This document shows positions 1-7,881 of a DNA stretch of 31,198 nt, one piece after another. Made by a program: the position numbers and the translations under genes. Numbering within the stretch: the stretch's first letter is position 1; every line of letters begins with the position of its first letter. A model generated the notes under the pieces. That model saw only the letters and a list, made by a program, of their open reading frames with translations. It searched no databases and was not told the origin of the DNA. This DNA comes from a virus (taxonomy: Duplodnaviria > Caudoviricetes), in IMG/VR virus record IMGVR_UViG_3300033129_000784, positions 1-31,198 of that record; one strand, written 5' to 3'.

Positions 1-63
1 CAGATCAATATTGTTATACCAATATAGAATAAAAAATCAGACCTTTCCATTGGAGACATATAT

Positions 64-585
64 ATGAAAGCTGAAATAGCAATTAAAGCAGCAGATCTGG
101 CTGTTCAAAGTATCGGAATAGTAGAAAAAGGTGGGGATAATCGTGGAGAACAAATTGCTAAATATTTAAAATCAGTTGATATTAATTTTCCAGCTGCATG
201 GTGTCAAGCTTTCTGTCATTTTCTTTATGAAAAAGCAGCAGGTTTTTTAGGAGAAGAATTATCAGAAGGTTTCAAAAATCTTAATGGATATACTCCTGAT
301 AATGTAGCCTATGCTAAAAAACATAATTTATGGATTCCAATACAAGATGCTGAAGACGATCATACTATTGTGAAAAAAGGATATATGGCTTATTTTTATT
401 CAGCATCAAAAAAAAGAATATTTCATGTTGAAATGGTTATTTCAACTAATGAAGATCATGTAATTACTGTTGGTGGAAATACATCTCCAGGTAATGGTGT
501 TGTTGCAAACGGAGATGGTGTTTATAAACGCACAAGAACATGGAAATCATTTGGAGAAAAAGGTGGATTTTTCAAAACTTATTAA
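64..585 (+). CDS. Endolysin, CHAP-type cysteine amidase/peptidase
   Basis: WCQAF (catalytic Cys), HVEMV (His) and TVGGNT...GDGVY motifs typical of CHAP domains; near holin; GGAG RBS upstream. Confidence 0.8.
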   Translation: MKAEIAIKAADLAVQSIGIVEKGGDNRGEQIAKYLKSVDINFPAAWCQAFCHFLYEKAAGFLGEELSEGFKNLNGYTPDNVAYAKKHNLWIPIQDAEDDHTIVKKGYMAYFYSASKKRIFHVEMVISTNEDHVITVGGNTSPGNGVVANGDGVYKRTRTWKSFGEKGGFFKTY

Positions 586-1025
586 ATATGTTTCCAAGAT
601 TTTTCTTTAGCAATTAGATAAATTAATGACCTATCAACATTATATAATTTAGCGATTTTTCCATAGGATAATGTTGGTATCAAATTTTTAATATCAATCA
701 CATCAGATTCTGATAATTTAGAAGTTCCAACTTTAGAACCTTTAGCTTGTCTATTTTTCTCAACTTTATCTTCAATATTATTTTTTTGAGTAGATAAAAT
801 TAAATGTTCTGGTCTTACACAAGATGGATTATCACATTTATGCATAACAACTAAATTTTCATTTGACCATCCAAAGTGTTGCTCAAATGAAACTCTATGT
901 GCTCTTTGCATTTTTCCATTTAACCAAAATGAACCATATCCACCTTTATCAAGATATCCAATCCAATTCCAGCAAGTATTAGTCTTATTTACTTTTGACC
1001 AAAATCGTTCTTCCAATGTTTGCAT
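582..1025 (-). CDS. Free-standing HNH endonuclease (HNH_3-like) with C-terminal HTH
   Basis: RFWSKV..CWNW...GYG...AHRVS...VMHKCDNPSCVRPEHL...N motifs; C-terminal SKL...YGKIAKLYNV helix-turn-helix. Confidence 0.9.
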   Translation of the reverse strand: MQTLEERFWSKVNKTNTCWNWIGYLDKGGYGSFWLNGKMQRAHRVSFEQHFGWSNENLVVMHKCDNPSCVRPEHLILSTQKNNIEDKVEKNRQAKGSKVGTSKLSESDVIDIKNLIPTLSYGKIAKLYNVDRSLIYLIAKEKSWKHI

Positions 1026-1031
1026 ATTTTG

Positions 1032-1040
1032 ATTTTATCA
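1032..1040 (-). promoter_or_regulatory. Extended -10 promoter (TG-A-TAAAAT) 6 nt before the HNH ATG, leaderless
   Basis: Minus strand reads TGATAAAAT-caaaat-ATG. Confidence 0.5.
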
Positions 1041-1041
1041 T

Positions 1042-1052
1042 ATCGTAAAATA
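1042..1052 (+). promoter_or_regulatory. Putative late promoter motif ATCGTAAAATA upstream of holin
   Basis: Exact 11-mer shared with three other late-gene leaders; 31 nt before ATG 1084. Confidence 0.7.
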
Positions 1053-1083
1053 TATTAGCAATACTTTACTAAGGTGTATTAAT

Positions 1084-1365
1084 ATGATTACTCAAGAATA
1101 TCAAAATTTTATTGCAGCACTTATAGGCTCTATCATTGGAGCAAGCAGAGATAATCACAAAAATAAAATATCTTACTTAATAAGTGTTTTAGCAGGAACT
1201 GCATCAAGTGTTTATCTTACACCTCTGATAGCGTCATTGCTACAAATGTCAGATGCAAAATATCAATTAGGTTTATCGTTTCTCGTTGGTACTTTAGGAT
1301 TAAAAAGTATAGAGTTTTTTAGTAAAAGAATATTATTGCAATTAGAACAAAAAGCAAAGGAATAA
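1084..1365 (+). CDS. Holin (small membrane protein)
   Basis: 93 aa, 2-3 hydrophobic segments, charged C-terminus, beside endolysin. Confidence 0.75.
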   Translation: MITQEYQNFIAALIGSIIGASRDNHKNKISYLISVLAGTASSVYLTPLIASLLQMSDAKYQLGLSFLVGTLGLKSIEFFSKRILLQLEQKAKE

Positions 1366-1366
1366 A

Positions 1367-1432
1367 ATGATATCAAATGTTATTAATAAAGAACAATTGT
1401 TAGCTGCAACTAAAGAATTGTTCAAAAAATAA
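1367..1432 (+). CDS. Possible 21-aa peptide MISNVINKEQLLAATKELFKK
   Basis: AAGGA RBS 5 nt before ATG, directly after the holin stop and before the terminator. Confidence 0.3.
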   Translation: MISNVINKEQLLAATKELFKK

Positions 1433-1448
1433 AAGAAAGAAAAGAAAG

Positions 1449-1475
1449 AAAACCCAGGTGGTCAGCCTGGGTTTT
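1449..1475. terminator. Bidirectional intrinsic terminator between the lysis and portal blocks
   Basis: AAAACCCAGG-7 nt loop-CCTGGGTTTT, T-rich flanks on both strands. Confidence 0.85.
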
Positions 1476-1524
1476 TGTCTGTAAAGGATAAGTTTAGTCT
1501 GTCTGTAGGTTCAATGCTATTATA

Positions 1525-1716
1525 CTACACATATTGATAAATAAGTTTCTTATGAATCTTAATTATTGTATTTTTATCAAAACCATACTTCTCGCCAATT
1601 TCAGAATAGACAAGATCTAATTGTTCATCTAATTCTTTTTTCAATTTTTTAATCTTTAGAACTTTATCATTGTGTGTTTCAACAACAGGTGTCAATTCTT
1701 TTTTCTTGAATGTCAT
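1525..1716 (-). CDS. Small basic coiled-coil protein, possibly GapR/T4 DsbA-like DNA binder
   Basis: TAATG-coupled to the portal stop; pattern K.L.E.L..VYSE..EKYGFDK..I.KI.K. Confidence 0.55.
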   Translation of the reverse strand: MTFKKKELTPVVETHNDKVLKIKKLKKELDEQLDLVYSEIGEKYGFDKNTIIKIHKKLIYQYV

Positions 1717-3374
1717 TATTTCTTTTCTCTTTCTTTCATTATTTTATTTCGTTCACTTGTTGACCATCTATATCCAGCATCTCCTCCCCAAAGTGCCCAA
1801 GCAATTCTTCCATTACTTGGATAGCCTTTTTCACCAGGAGAGAATCCTTCAGCTTTTTTATCTACTTCATGTCTGGAAAAAAAACTATACATATCGAGTA
1901 TATCATTTTCTGACATTTCATCTCGTTCAACTAATTGTTTTGCACGATTAAATCCCACATCTGTTCCACCTCTACCAAACTCTTCTCTCCATGCTAATCC
2001 TCTTGCTGCTTCTTCCTTCATTGAAAGGTTAGGAATAGCTTTAAAAGATTTTAAAATTGGCTCAGGATTGACAGGTTGAGTAGGAATAAATGTTGGAGTG
2101 CCTTCTGGATGATAAACTTGCTCATCAGTAGGATTAGATTGATAACCAATCATTCTTTTTGCTTCTGAACGATCAATAATTCCAGCTACATAAAGTAACT
2201 CTGCACGTTTAGCAAGATCATCAGTATCATCCATTAATGCAGTGATTTTAGTAAGATCCCAATCAAAGTAATCTCCTACTTTTGTCTCAGGATATTCAGG
2301 AAGTAAAGATAAAGTAATTACTTCTGAGAAACACTTGAGTAGAGGAATTACACCTTGATTCCATGCACCTTGTTCAGCTTCTTTTAAGTTAGCATAGGTA
2401 GAGTTCTCAAGACCAGCAGAAAGGTTAAGTACTAAACAGTTTAAACCTAATGCACTTGTTACTCTTTCTTCAGGTGTATGTCTGATTACATCAAGTGCCA
2501 TATCAGCAGGTGAGAATGATATTTTTTCTACCTTAAAAGGACCACTCATAACAGCAATAGAACCTGCATTATCTCCAGTAAAAGAATCTGCAAGTCTACG
2601 CTTCATTGTTCTCAAATCATCGTCTGTAACATCTACATTTTCATTGTTTACATCTGGACTTACCATGATAGAAGGCAAACCAGAATTTGCCATAAGTCCC
2701 CATGCAGTAGAACTTGCTTGGTTATCAGTAGCAATTTCCTTAATTGCACTCATTAATGGACTTCTACCAATACGATAATCTAAAGGATCACGACCATAGG
2801 CAATATGAATAACATCATCTAATCTTAAATCATATTGAATGCCATCAACAACATAAACCCACTTGGTTAATGCATCTGTTCCATCTCCCCAAGGTTTCAT
2901 TTGCTGTGATGGAAGAAATTGTAATCCTATAATATCGCCAGTTTTATCTCTCAACTTTCGGATATATGCATTACCATAAATCTTATAATCAAATATAATG
3001 TTGCTCCAAAATCTTGTTGGAGTCATATTGAATTGAGGATTTGCAAGTAATGCTAACATAGGATGAGTAGGATATTTTTCCCACTCAGTTTCTGAAACTT
3101 GCGTGTAAACCATTGGAACAGCTTGAGTAAATGCTCTTACAAAATAGTCCATTGAAATTGCAACAATGGAGTTTAGCATCAAATCTCCAGCAGTAGCAGA
3201 CCAATCCCTTGCACTTGAAGGCATACGTCTGGATAACTGTGCAAATAAATCTTGAGCACCAATGCCTGTTAACCAACCTTCTCTACGCATAACGGTAGGA
3301 AGTGGTAATTCTTCATTTCTACGAGCAATTATATTTTGCTTTGTATTTTTAAACCAATTATCAAAGAATGCCAT
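1716..3374 (-). CDS. Portal protein (HK97 family) with extra C-terminal domain
   Basis: HP..LL..PN..MT...F, YGNAYI, DVIHI, G.SP motifs; downstream of TerL. Confidence 0.93.
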   Translation of the reverse strand: MAFFDNWFKNTKQNIIARRNEELPLPTVMRREGWLTGIGAQDLFAQLSRRMPSSARDWSATAGDLMLNSIVAISMDYFVRAFTQAVPMVYTQVSETEWEKYPTHPMLALLANPQFNMTPTRFWSNIIFDYKIYGNAYIRKLRDKTGDIIGLQFLPSQQMKPWGDGTDALTKWVYVVDGIQYDLRLDDVIHIAYGRDPLDYRIGRSPLMSAIKEIATDNQASSTAWGLMANSGLPSIMVSPDVNNENVDVTDDDLRTMKRRLADSFTGDNAGSIAVMSGPFKVEKISFSPADMALDVIRHTPEERVTSALGLNCLVLNLSAGLENSTYANLKEAEQGAWNQGVIPLLKCFSEVITLSLLPEYPETKVGDYFDWDLTKITALMDDTDDLAKRAELLYVAGIIDRSEAKRMIGYQSNPTDEQVYHPEGTPTFIPTQPVNPEPILKSFKAIPNLSMKEEAARGLAWREEFGRGGTDVGFNRAKQLVERDEMSENDILDMYSFFSRHEVDKKAEGFSPGEKGYPSNGRIAWALWGGDAGYRWSTSERNKIMKEREKK

Positions 3375-3402
3375 AATATTTAAATCCTAATTGTTGTTAA
3401 TT

Positions 3403-3413
3403 TATTTTACGAT
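3403..3413 (-). promoter_or_regulatory. Putative late promoter motif ATCGTAAAATA upstream of portal
   Basis: Plus strand TATTTTACGAT in the short TerL-portal gap, 28 nt before ATG 3374. Confidence 0.7.
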
Positions 3414-3414
3414 G

Positions 3415-4881
3415 TTACACTGCATAGAACTTTTTCACTCTATGTTTTGCTATTTCATCAAATGCATCACTTAAAGCATCGATAATGTCATCATGTGCAC
3501 CGTAAGGAAAGTTTTGTAATTCATTTAATAATTCTCTATTCCAACTTCCAGGAGCCATACTAACATTACCACTGTTAACTTGAATAGCAAAAGGTTCAGC
3601 TCTTGCATCTTTGGTTCCACTAACAGGTTTACAAATACAAACAAAACCAGCTAATAGTTTAATAAAATAATTAGCTAAACTCTTGCCAGCACTTCCAGGA
3701 TCTTGAGGAATTCTTATCCTTGTTTCTTTTCCATCTAAAGATGCTAATTGTAATATTTTCACATCTCTAACATCAGTGTTGTCTCTTCCTCTATACATAT
3801 CAAGAATCCAATATCTTTGATTCTCATCCATTCCAAGAAGAACACCTACTGTATAGTCACCTTTACCAGAACTTGCTGCAAGGTCATATCCTCTTACCTT
3901 TTTTAGGATGTTTACAGGAGGAGGTTCAATTTTCATTCTTTCAGGTTTGAACAATCCACCTTCTTTAGGAACAGGTCTTTGTTGATACAATGCAGCAAAA
4001 CCAAAATCTCCAACAACGCTCTTAATTTTCATAAGATCATCGTAATTGTATCTTTCAGTCCAAAGAGGTTCATCCATCATTCTTCCTAAAAGGTCTGTTT
4101 CTGGATCATCACATAATGCAGGAAGATTAATCACTGTCCATGCTTCAGGTTCAGTTTCTATAGCTCTTGCAATGATATCATCTTCACTCCATCTGGTATT
4201 ACAAATAATAATTGCACCATCAGGTTCTAAACGTGAATAACAGTCTTCACGATAAAAGTCAACTACCTTTTCTTTAAGAGTAGGGGAATTTGCTTCTTCT
4301 CTGTTTTTGATAAGATCATCCAAAATAATATAATGGAAACCAATACCTGTTCTTGGGTTGCTTGTACTTGCAGCATAGTAATAATTGTTGTTTAAACTCC
4401 GCCATTCATCAACACTTTGGTTCTTCTCATCACAACCAATAGTATCTAAAATTATCTGCCTTGTTTTCCTACTAAAACGTCTTGAAATATGTTGGTTATA
4501 TCCTGCAACCATTATATTTTTATCTTCAAAGTGTTGCATTAAAAACGCAGGAAATCTAACAGTAACTTGCTCACTCTTTCCATGACGAGGAGGAATATTA
4601 ATACATAGTCTTTTAATCTCTCCAGACACAACTTTCATTAGTGCCTCAGAAATTAATTCAATATGCCTACTCTTGAAAGAATAAGTTTTAGGACTTGTTT
4701 CTTGAAGGAAGTTCAGGTATTCGTTTTTTAGTTTTCGTTGGCTCGATGATGGTTTCTTGGTATTCGGCGATTTGGTTGAGTGTGTTGGATGCAGAGAGAA
4801 TTGAAATTGTCCAGTGTTCCAATTGCTTATGCAACTCTGCAAGGTCTCTACTGTTCTGCGATCTGATGTAGTCCTCTTCAT
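3415..4881 (-). CDS. terL: Terminase large subunit
   Basis: Walker A PPRHGKS, Walker B IILDD, nuclease YDLA and HDDIIDA motifs; GAGGA RBS before ATG 4881. Confidence 0.95.
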   Translation of the reverse strand: MKRTTSDRRTVETLQSCISNWNTGQFQFSLHPTHSTKSPNTKKPSSSQRKLKNEYLNFLQETSPKTYSFKSRHIELISEALMKVVSGEIKRLCINIPPRHGKSEQVTVRFPAFLMQHFEDKNIMVAGYNQHISRRFSRKTRQIILDTIGCDEKNQSVDEWRSLNNNYYYAASTSNPRTGIGFHYIILDDLIKNREEANSPTLKEKVVDFYREDCYSRLEPDGAIIICNTRWSEDDIIARAIETEPEAWTVINLPALCDDPETDLLGRMMDEPLWTERYNYDDLMKIKSVVGDFGFAALYQQRPVPKEGGLFKPERMKIEPPPVNILKKVRGYDLAASSGKGDYTVGVLLGMDENQRYWILDMYRGRDNTDVRDVKILQLASLDGKETRIRIPQDPGSAGKSLANYFIKLLAGFVCICKPVSGTKDARAEPFAIQVNSGNVSMAPGSWNRELLNELQNFPYGAHDDIIDALSDAFDEIAKHRVKKFYAV

Positions 4882-5116
4882 TTGCTATCCTCGCTATTTT
4901 ATTTAAACCTTCAAGATGCCATTTCAAACTGTTGGCAAGATAACTTGCAAGGTTCTTTTGAATATCTTTAATAGCACCATCATATTGTGCTTGCTGCCAA
5001 AGTTTCCTATATTTGTAAATTGTATTTAAAGTTTTGCCAGTCATTTCGGCTACTTCTTTAGGATTGTAACCTTGCTTAAATAAATCTGCCATTTTGTCTT
5101 TTTCAGACTTAGGCAT
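4688..5116 (-). CDS. terS: Terminase small subunit (probable start MPKSEKD at 5116; ORF extends to 5143)
   Basis: N-terminal HTH (GYNPKEVAEMTGKTLNTIYKY) then helical region; directly upstream of and overlapping TerL. Confidence 0.7.
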   Translation of the reverse strand: MPKSEKDKMADLFKQGYNPKEVAEMTGKTLNTIYKYRKLWQQAQYDGAIKDIQKNLASYLANSLKWHLEGLNKIARIANEEDYIRSQNSRDLAELHKQLEHWTISILSASNTLNQIAEYQETIIEPTKTKKRIPELPSRNKS

Positions 5117-5130
5117 TGCATTACTTCGTT

Positions 5131-5907
5131 CTAATGAATCCATTTTAAAATATCCATGTACTCCAAGATTTTATCGGACTTGCGTAGTTTTTTAAATGCA
5201 TAAGAAATCATTTGCTCAGAATCACAGCCAACAATTTTATCAATATCATTATATTGATGCTGATCTAATCCATTCAAACCAAATCTCAACTCTATGCATT
5301 TCTTTTCTCTATCATTCAACACTGCTAACATTTGATTAATAGCTATCTTGACATCTGTATTATCAACATCTTGGACTTGCTCACTTTCAAAATCTGAAAG
5401 ATCCACAATTTTTATCTTTTTAGTTATCCAGGCATTTCTCAATGTATTTAAAGAAAACCTATCTGTAACTAATTTTTTTAAATCTTCTTCTGTAACTTCT
5501 TGCTCAATGTCAAATATATTTAGTTTTGTCTCTGCCATATTTATATGTGCAGGTTTTCTTATCAAATGATTGTAATATTCTAATGCTCTTTTAATTCTTC
5601 CCAATATATAATGATGTGCATATGTAGAGAACTTGTTGCCTTTAGAAATATCAAATTTATCAGCAGCAGATATTAAACCAGCAATTCCATATTGAACTAA
5701 ATCCTCATAAGGAATTGAACACCATTTATAATTCTTTGCAAGATTATGAACAATGGAAATGTGACAATTTATAATCTCTTCCAATGCCTTTTCTCTATGC
5801 CTACCATTTAATAAAGAAATCAAAAAACATTCTTGCTCAAAAGATAAATAACCAGTGTTATCTCTTTTGCTTCTTACATAACTCGACCAGTCTTTGATTT
5901 CTTGCAT
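5131..5907 (-). CDS. Phage sigma-70-family RNA polymerase sigma factor
   Basis: Region 2 YEDLVQYG..GL..A.DKFD..KG.KFSTYA; region 4 L..L.DRE..CIELRFGL...AFKKLR. Confidence 0.92.
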   Translation of the reverse strand: MQEIKDWSSYVRSKRDNTGYLSFEQECFLISLLNGRHREKALEEIINCHISIVHNLAKNYKWCSIPYEDLVQYGIAGLISAADKFDISKGNKFSTYAHHYILGRIKRALEYYNHLIRKPAHINMAETKLNIFDIEQEVTEEDLKKLVTDRFSLNTLRNAWITKKIKIVDLSDFESEQVQDVDNTDVKIAINQMLAVLNDREKKCIELRFGLNGLDQHQYNDIDKIVGCDSEQMISYAFKKLRKSDKILEYMDILKWIH

Positions 5908-6088
5908 AAAGATATTCTATAAACTCCTCATGAGTAATATCTAAGGCTTTACATATCCTTACAATATTCTCAATTCTTGGAATAACTTTTCCACTAAACC
6001 ACTTACTAACCATTGGTTGTGATACACCTAATTTAGCAGCAATTTCAGTTTGATTTAAATCACATATTAATAAATCCCGCTTCTTCAT
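5858..6088 (-). CDS. XRE/Cro-like HTH regulator
   Basis: LNQTEIAAKLGVSQPMVSKW.SGK..P...I..I.KAL pattern. Confidence 0.88.
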   Translation of the reverse strand: MKKRDLLICDLNQTEIAAKLGVSQPMVSKWFSGKVIPRIENIVRICKALDITHEEFIEYLYARNQRLVELCKKQKR

Positions 6089-6322
6089 TTAAAATACCTT
6101 TGCAACTTTATCATAAGAACATACATAAATATTTACCATGCCTTTGTCCATGAACTCTTTAATTTTTTCATTAGGACTTGCGGACTCTTGAGATAACATA
6201 ATCATAATTTCTTCAATAGATAATAAATCATGATTCTCTCTACCAACAGATAAATAAATCCTCACATAAGGAATTACTTTTTCTGTAATCTCAATATTAT
6301 CAATTTCGTTACTGTCTTCCAT
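6089..6322 (-). CDS. Hypothetical protein, first gene of the leftward HTH-sigma block
   Basis: Abuts the HTH start; preceded by a -10 box. Confidence 0.7.
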   Translation of the reverse strand: MEDSNEIDNIEITEKVIPYVRIYLSVGRENHDLLSIEEIMIMLSQESASPNEKIKEFMDKGMVNIYVCSYDKVAKVF

Positions 6323-6328
6323 ACCTTA

Positions 6329-6357
6329 ATTATAACACATAAATGCAATTTTATAAA
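6329..6357 (-). promoter_or_regulatory. Sigma70-type promoter TTTATA-17-(TGt)TATAAT, leaderless for ATG 6322
   Basis: Minus strand GTGTTATAAT-taaggt-ATG. Confidence 0.65.
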
Positions 6358-6458
6358 CTTTAAAAATGGACTTACAAGCTTTTACATATGGACTTGCTCG
6401 TTTTTTCACACACAAAAAAATAAATATAAAATTACAAAAAAAAAATAAATAAAAAAAT

Positions 6459-6484
6459 AAATCCCACTATTTCTAATGGGATTT
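6459..6484 (-). terminator. Intrinsic terminator after gene 6490..7167
   Basis: AAATCCCA...TGGGATTT hairpin followed on the minus strand by long T tracts. Confidence 0.6.
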
Positions 6485-6489
6485 TAGAT

Positions 6490-7167
6490 TTACTTTTGTA
6501 ATGCAGATTCCATACTCATTTTATCAAAACGCCTATGTATCGTAACAGGTAAAACTCCTGTCAATTCATTCAATTCCTTGAGTGTATACATATGACCTTT
6601 CCAAAAATATCCTTGACGTTTATCTGTTGGATTACTATATAAATATACCTTTTTACCAAAACGGTCTTTAGATGAACAATCAACAATGAATTCACTACAG
6701 GTACTAACTTTATCAGTGCCATGAGATAAATGTTCATCTCTTGTAAACTCACTCAGTCTTTTTCCTTGGAACACTAAATGTTTGTAAATATCAAATGTAG
6801 TGGAAGGTTTGTTTCCCATACTCCACAATGTACATTTCATAGCTGGAATTAGGTCAATTTCCATATTTTCGATGGTAATTGTTATATCTTTCTTCTTCTT
6901 CTGTAAAACACGTCTATTCTTGCGTTTTATAGCCTGTTTTTCCATTTCCTTTTCATATTCCTGAAATGGAGAAATATCTAATCTCTCATCTGTATTTGTC
7001 ATCTCATCTAACTTTTTTATAGTATCAATGACAAACTTGGTTTTCTTTATATTTCTTTTGATTCCATCAGGTAACACATGAATAATTGGAAGTAACATAT
7101 TCCAATCATGTGAACCTACTTTATAGGCTACGCTAAAATAATTGATTCCTTCAAAAGGATTATCCAT
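6490..7167 (-). CDS. Hypothetical protein with C-terminal HTH-like DNA-binding module
   Basis: AGGAGA RBS; C-terminus WKG..YTLKELNELTGV...TIHRR....SME.AL resembles HTH tails of phage homing endonucleases. Confidence 0.65.
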   Translation of the reverse strand: MDNPFEGINYFSVAYKVGSHDWNMLLPIIHVLPDGIKRNIKKTKFVIDTIKKLDEMTNTDERLDISPFQEYEKEMEKQAIKRKNRRVLQKKKKDITITIENMEIDLIPAMKCTLWSMGNKPSTTFDIYKHLVFQGKRLSEFTRDEHLSHGTDKVSTCSEFIVDCSSKDRFGKKVYLYSNPTDKRQGYFWKGHMYTLKELNELTGVLPVTIHRRFDKMSMESALQK

Positions 7168-7277
7168 ACTAAGTTCTCTCCTATCTAAAATGGATTTTTG
7201 AATCTATTATATGATTACTATATATATAGATTACAATCCTAATCTTTAATGACGCACCGTTTTTAGGATATGGATGA

Positions 7278-7463
7278 TGATAATAACTATATAGATATGA
7301 GTTTTTATAATCAACCTTATCACACACTATGTTATCACCTAAATGGCTACTTGTCTACTTTTATCAATACATTTGTTATCATATTTTAGACCTCTCATAT
7401 GATAATAACTGGTGATAATAACTTTTGCTGAAAATTACTCAAATTATCCACTTCTCATGATAA
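7278..7463. repeat. Array of 8 TGATAA/TTATCA hexamers (three as TGATAATAACT) in an intergenic region
   Basis: TGATAA at 7278, 7400, 7413, 7458; TTATCA at 7317, 7332, 7361, 7376. Confidence 0.75.
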
Positions 7464-7490
7464 AAAACATAAATGATTACATAATATCAT

Positions 7491-7859
7491 ATGCCTAAAC
7501 CAGAAGCTACTACTCAAATAGAAATATTCAATTGGATTCGTAAACACCAAGAAGAATTCCCAGTTTTACAAACAATATATCACACACCAAACTCCTTCTT
7601 TGGCACTAACTTTGCCGTGATAAAACACCTCAAAAATATGGGCATGAAGAAGGGAATATATGATATCATTGTTCCTATATCTAAAAACAACTACGCCTCT
7701 CTCTGGATAGAAATCAAGGCAGAAAAAGGTAAACTAACACAGGAACAAAAAGACATCGCCATTCTAATCAACGAACACTCCGACCTTCCAATTCTTTTCA
7801 AAACATCCAGCTCCGCAGAAGAATCCATAAATATCATCAAATCCTATTTACATTTATAA
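7491..7859 (+). CDS. VRR-NUC domain nuclease
   Basis: E...Q, H.PN, GMKKG..D, WIEIK...GKL..EQ motifs. Confidence 0.85.
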   Translation: MPKPEATTQIEIFNWIRKHQEEFPVLQTIYHTPNSFFGTNFAVIKHLKNMGMKKGIYDIIVPISKNNYASLWIEIKAEKGKLTQEQKDIAILINEHSDLPILFKTSSSAEESINIIKSYLHL

Positions 7860-7875
7860 CACTTTCATGTATAAT
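7847..7875 (+). promoter_or_regulatory. Sigma70 promoter TTTACA-17-TATAAT, leaderless for ATG 7882
   Basis: Near-consensus hexamers with 17-nt spacer; ATG 6 nt after the -10. Confidence 0.7.
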
Positions 7876-7881
7876 ATAGAC

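Noticed and set aside
582-1025. HNH as part of a group I intron or as an HK97 gp74-like packaging HNH
   Set aside because: Flanking genes are intact with no room for intron structure; motifs fit the free-standing HNH_3 plus HTH type and it is not adjacent to TerS
6395-6460. Long A-rich tract as a separate element
   Set aside because: Explained as the terminator tail and an UP-like region for the 6329-6357 promoter; homopolymer lengths may be imprecise
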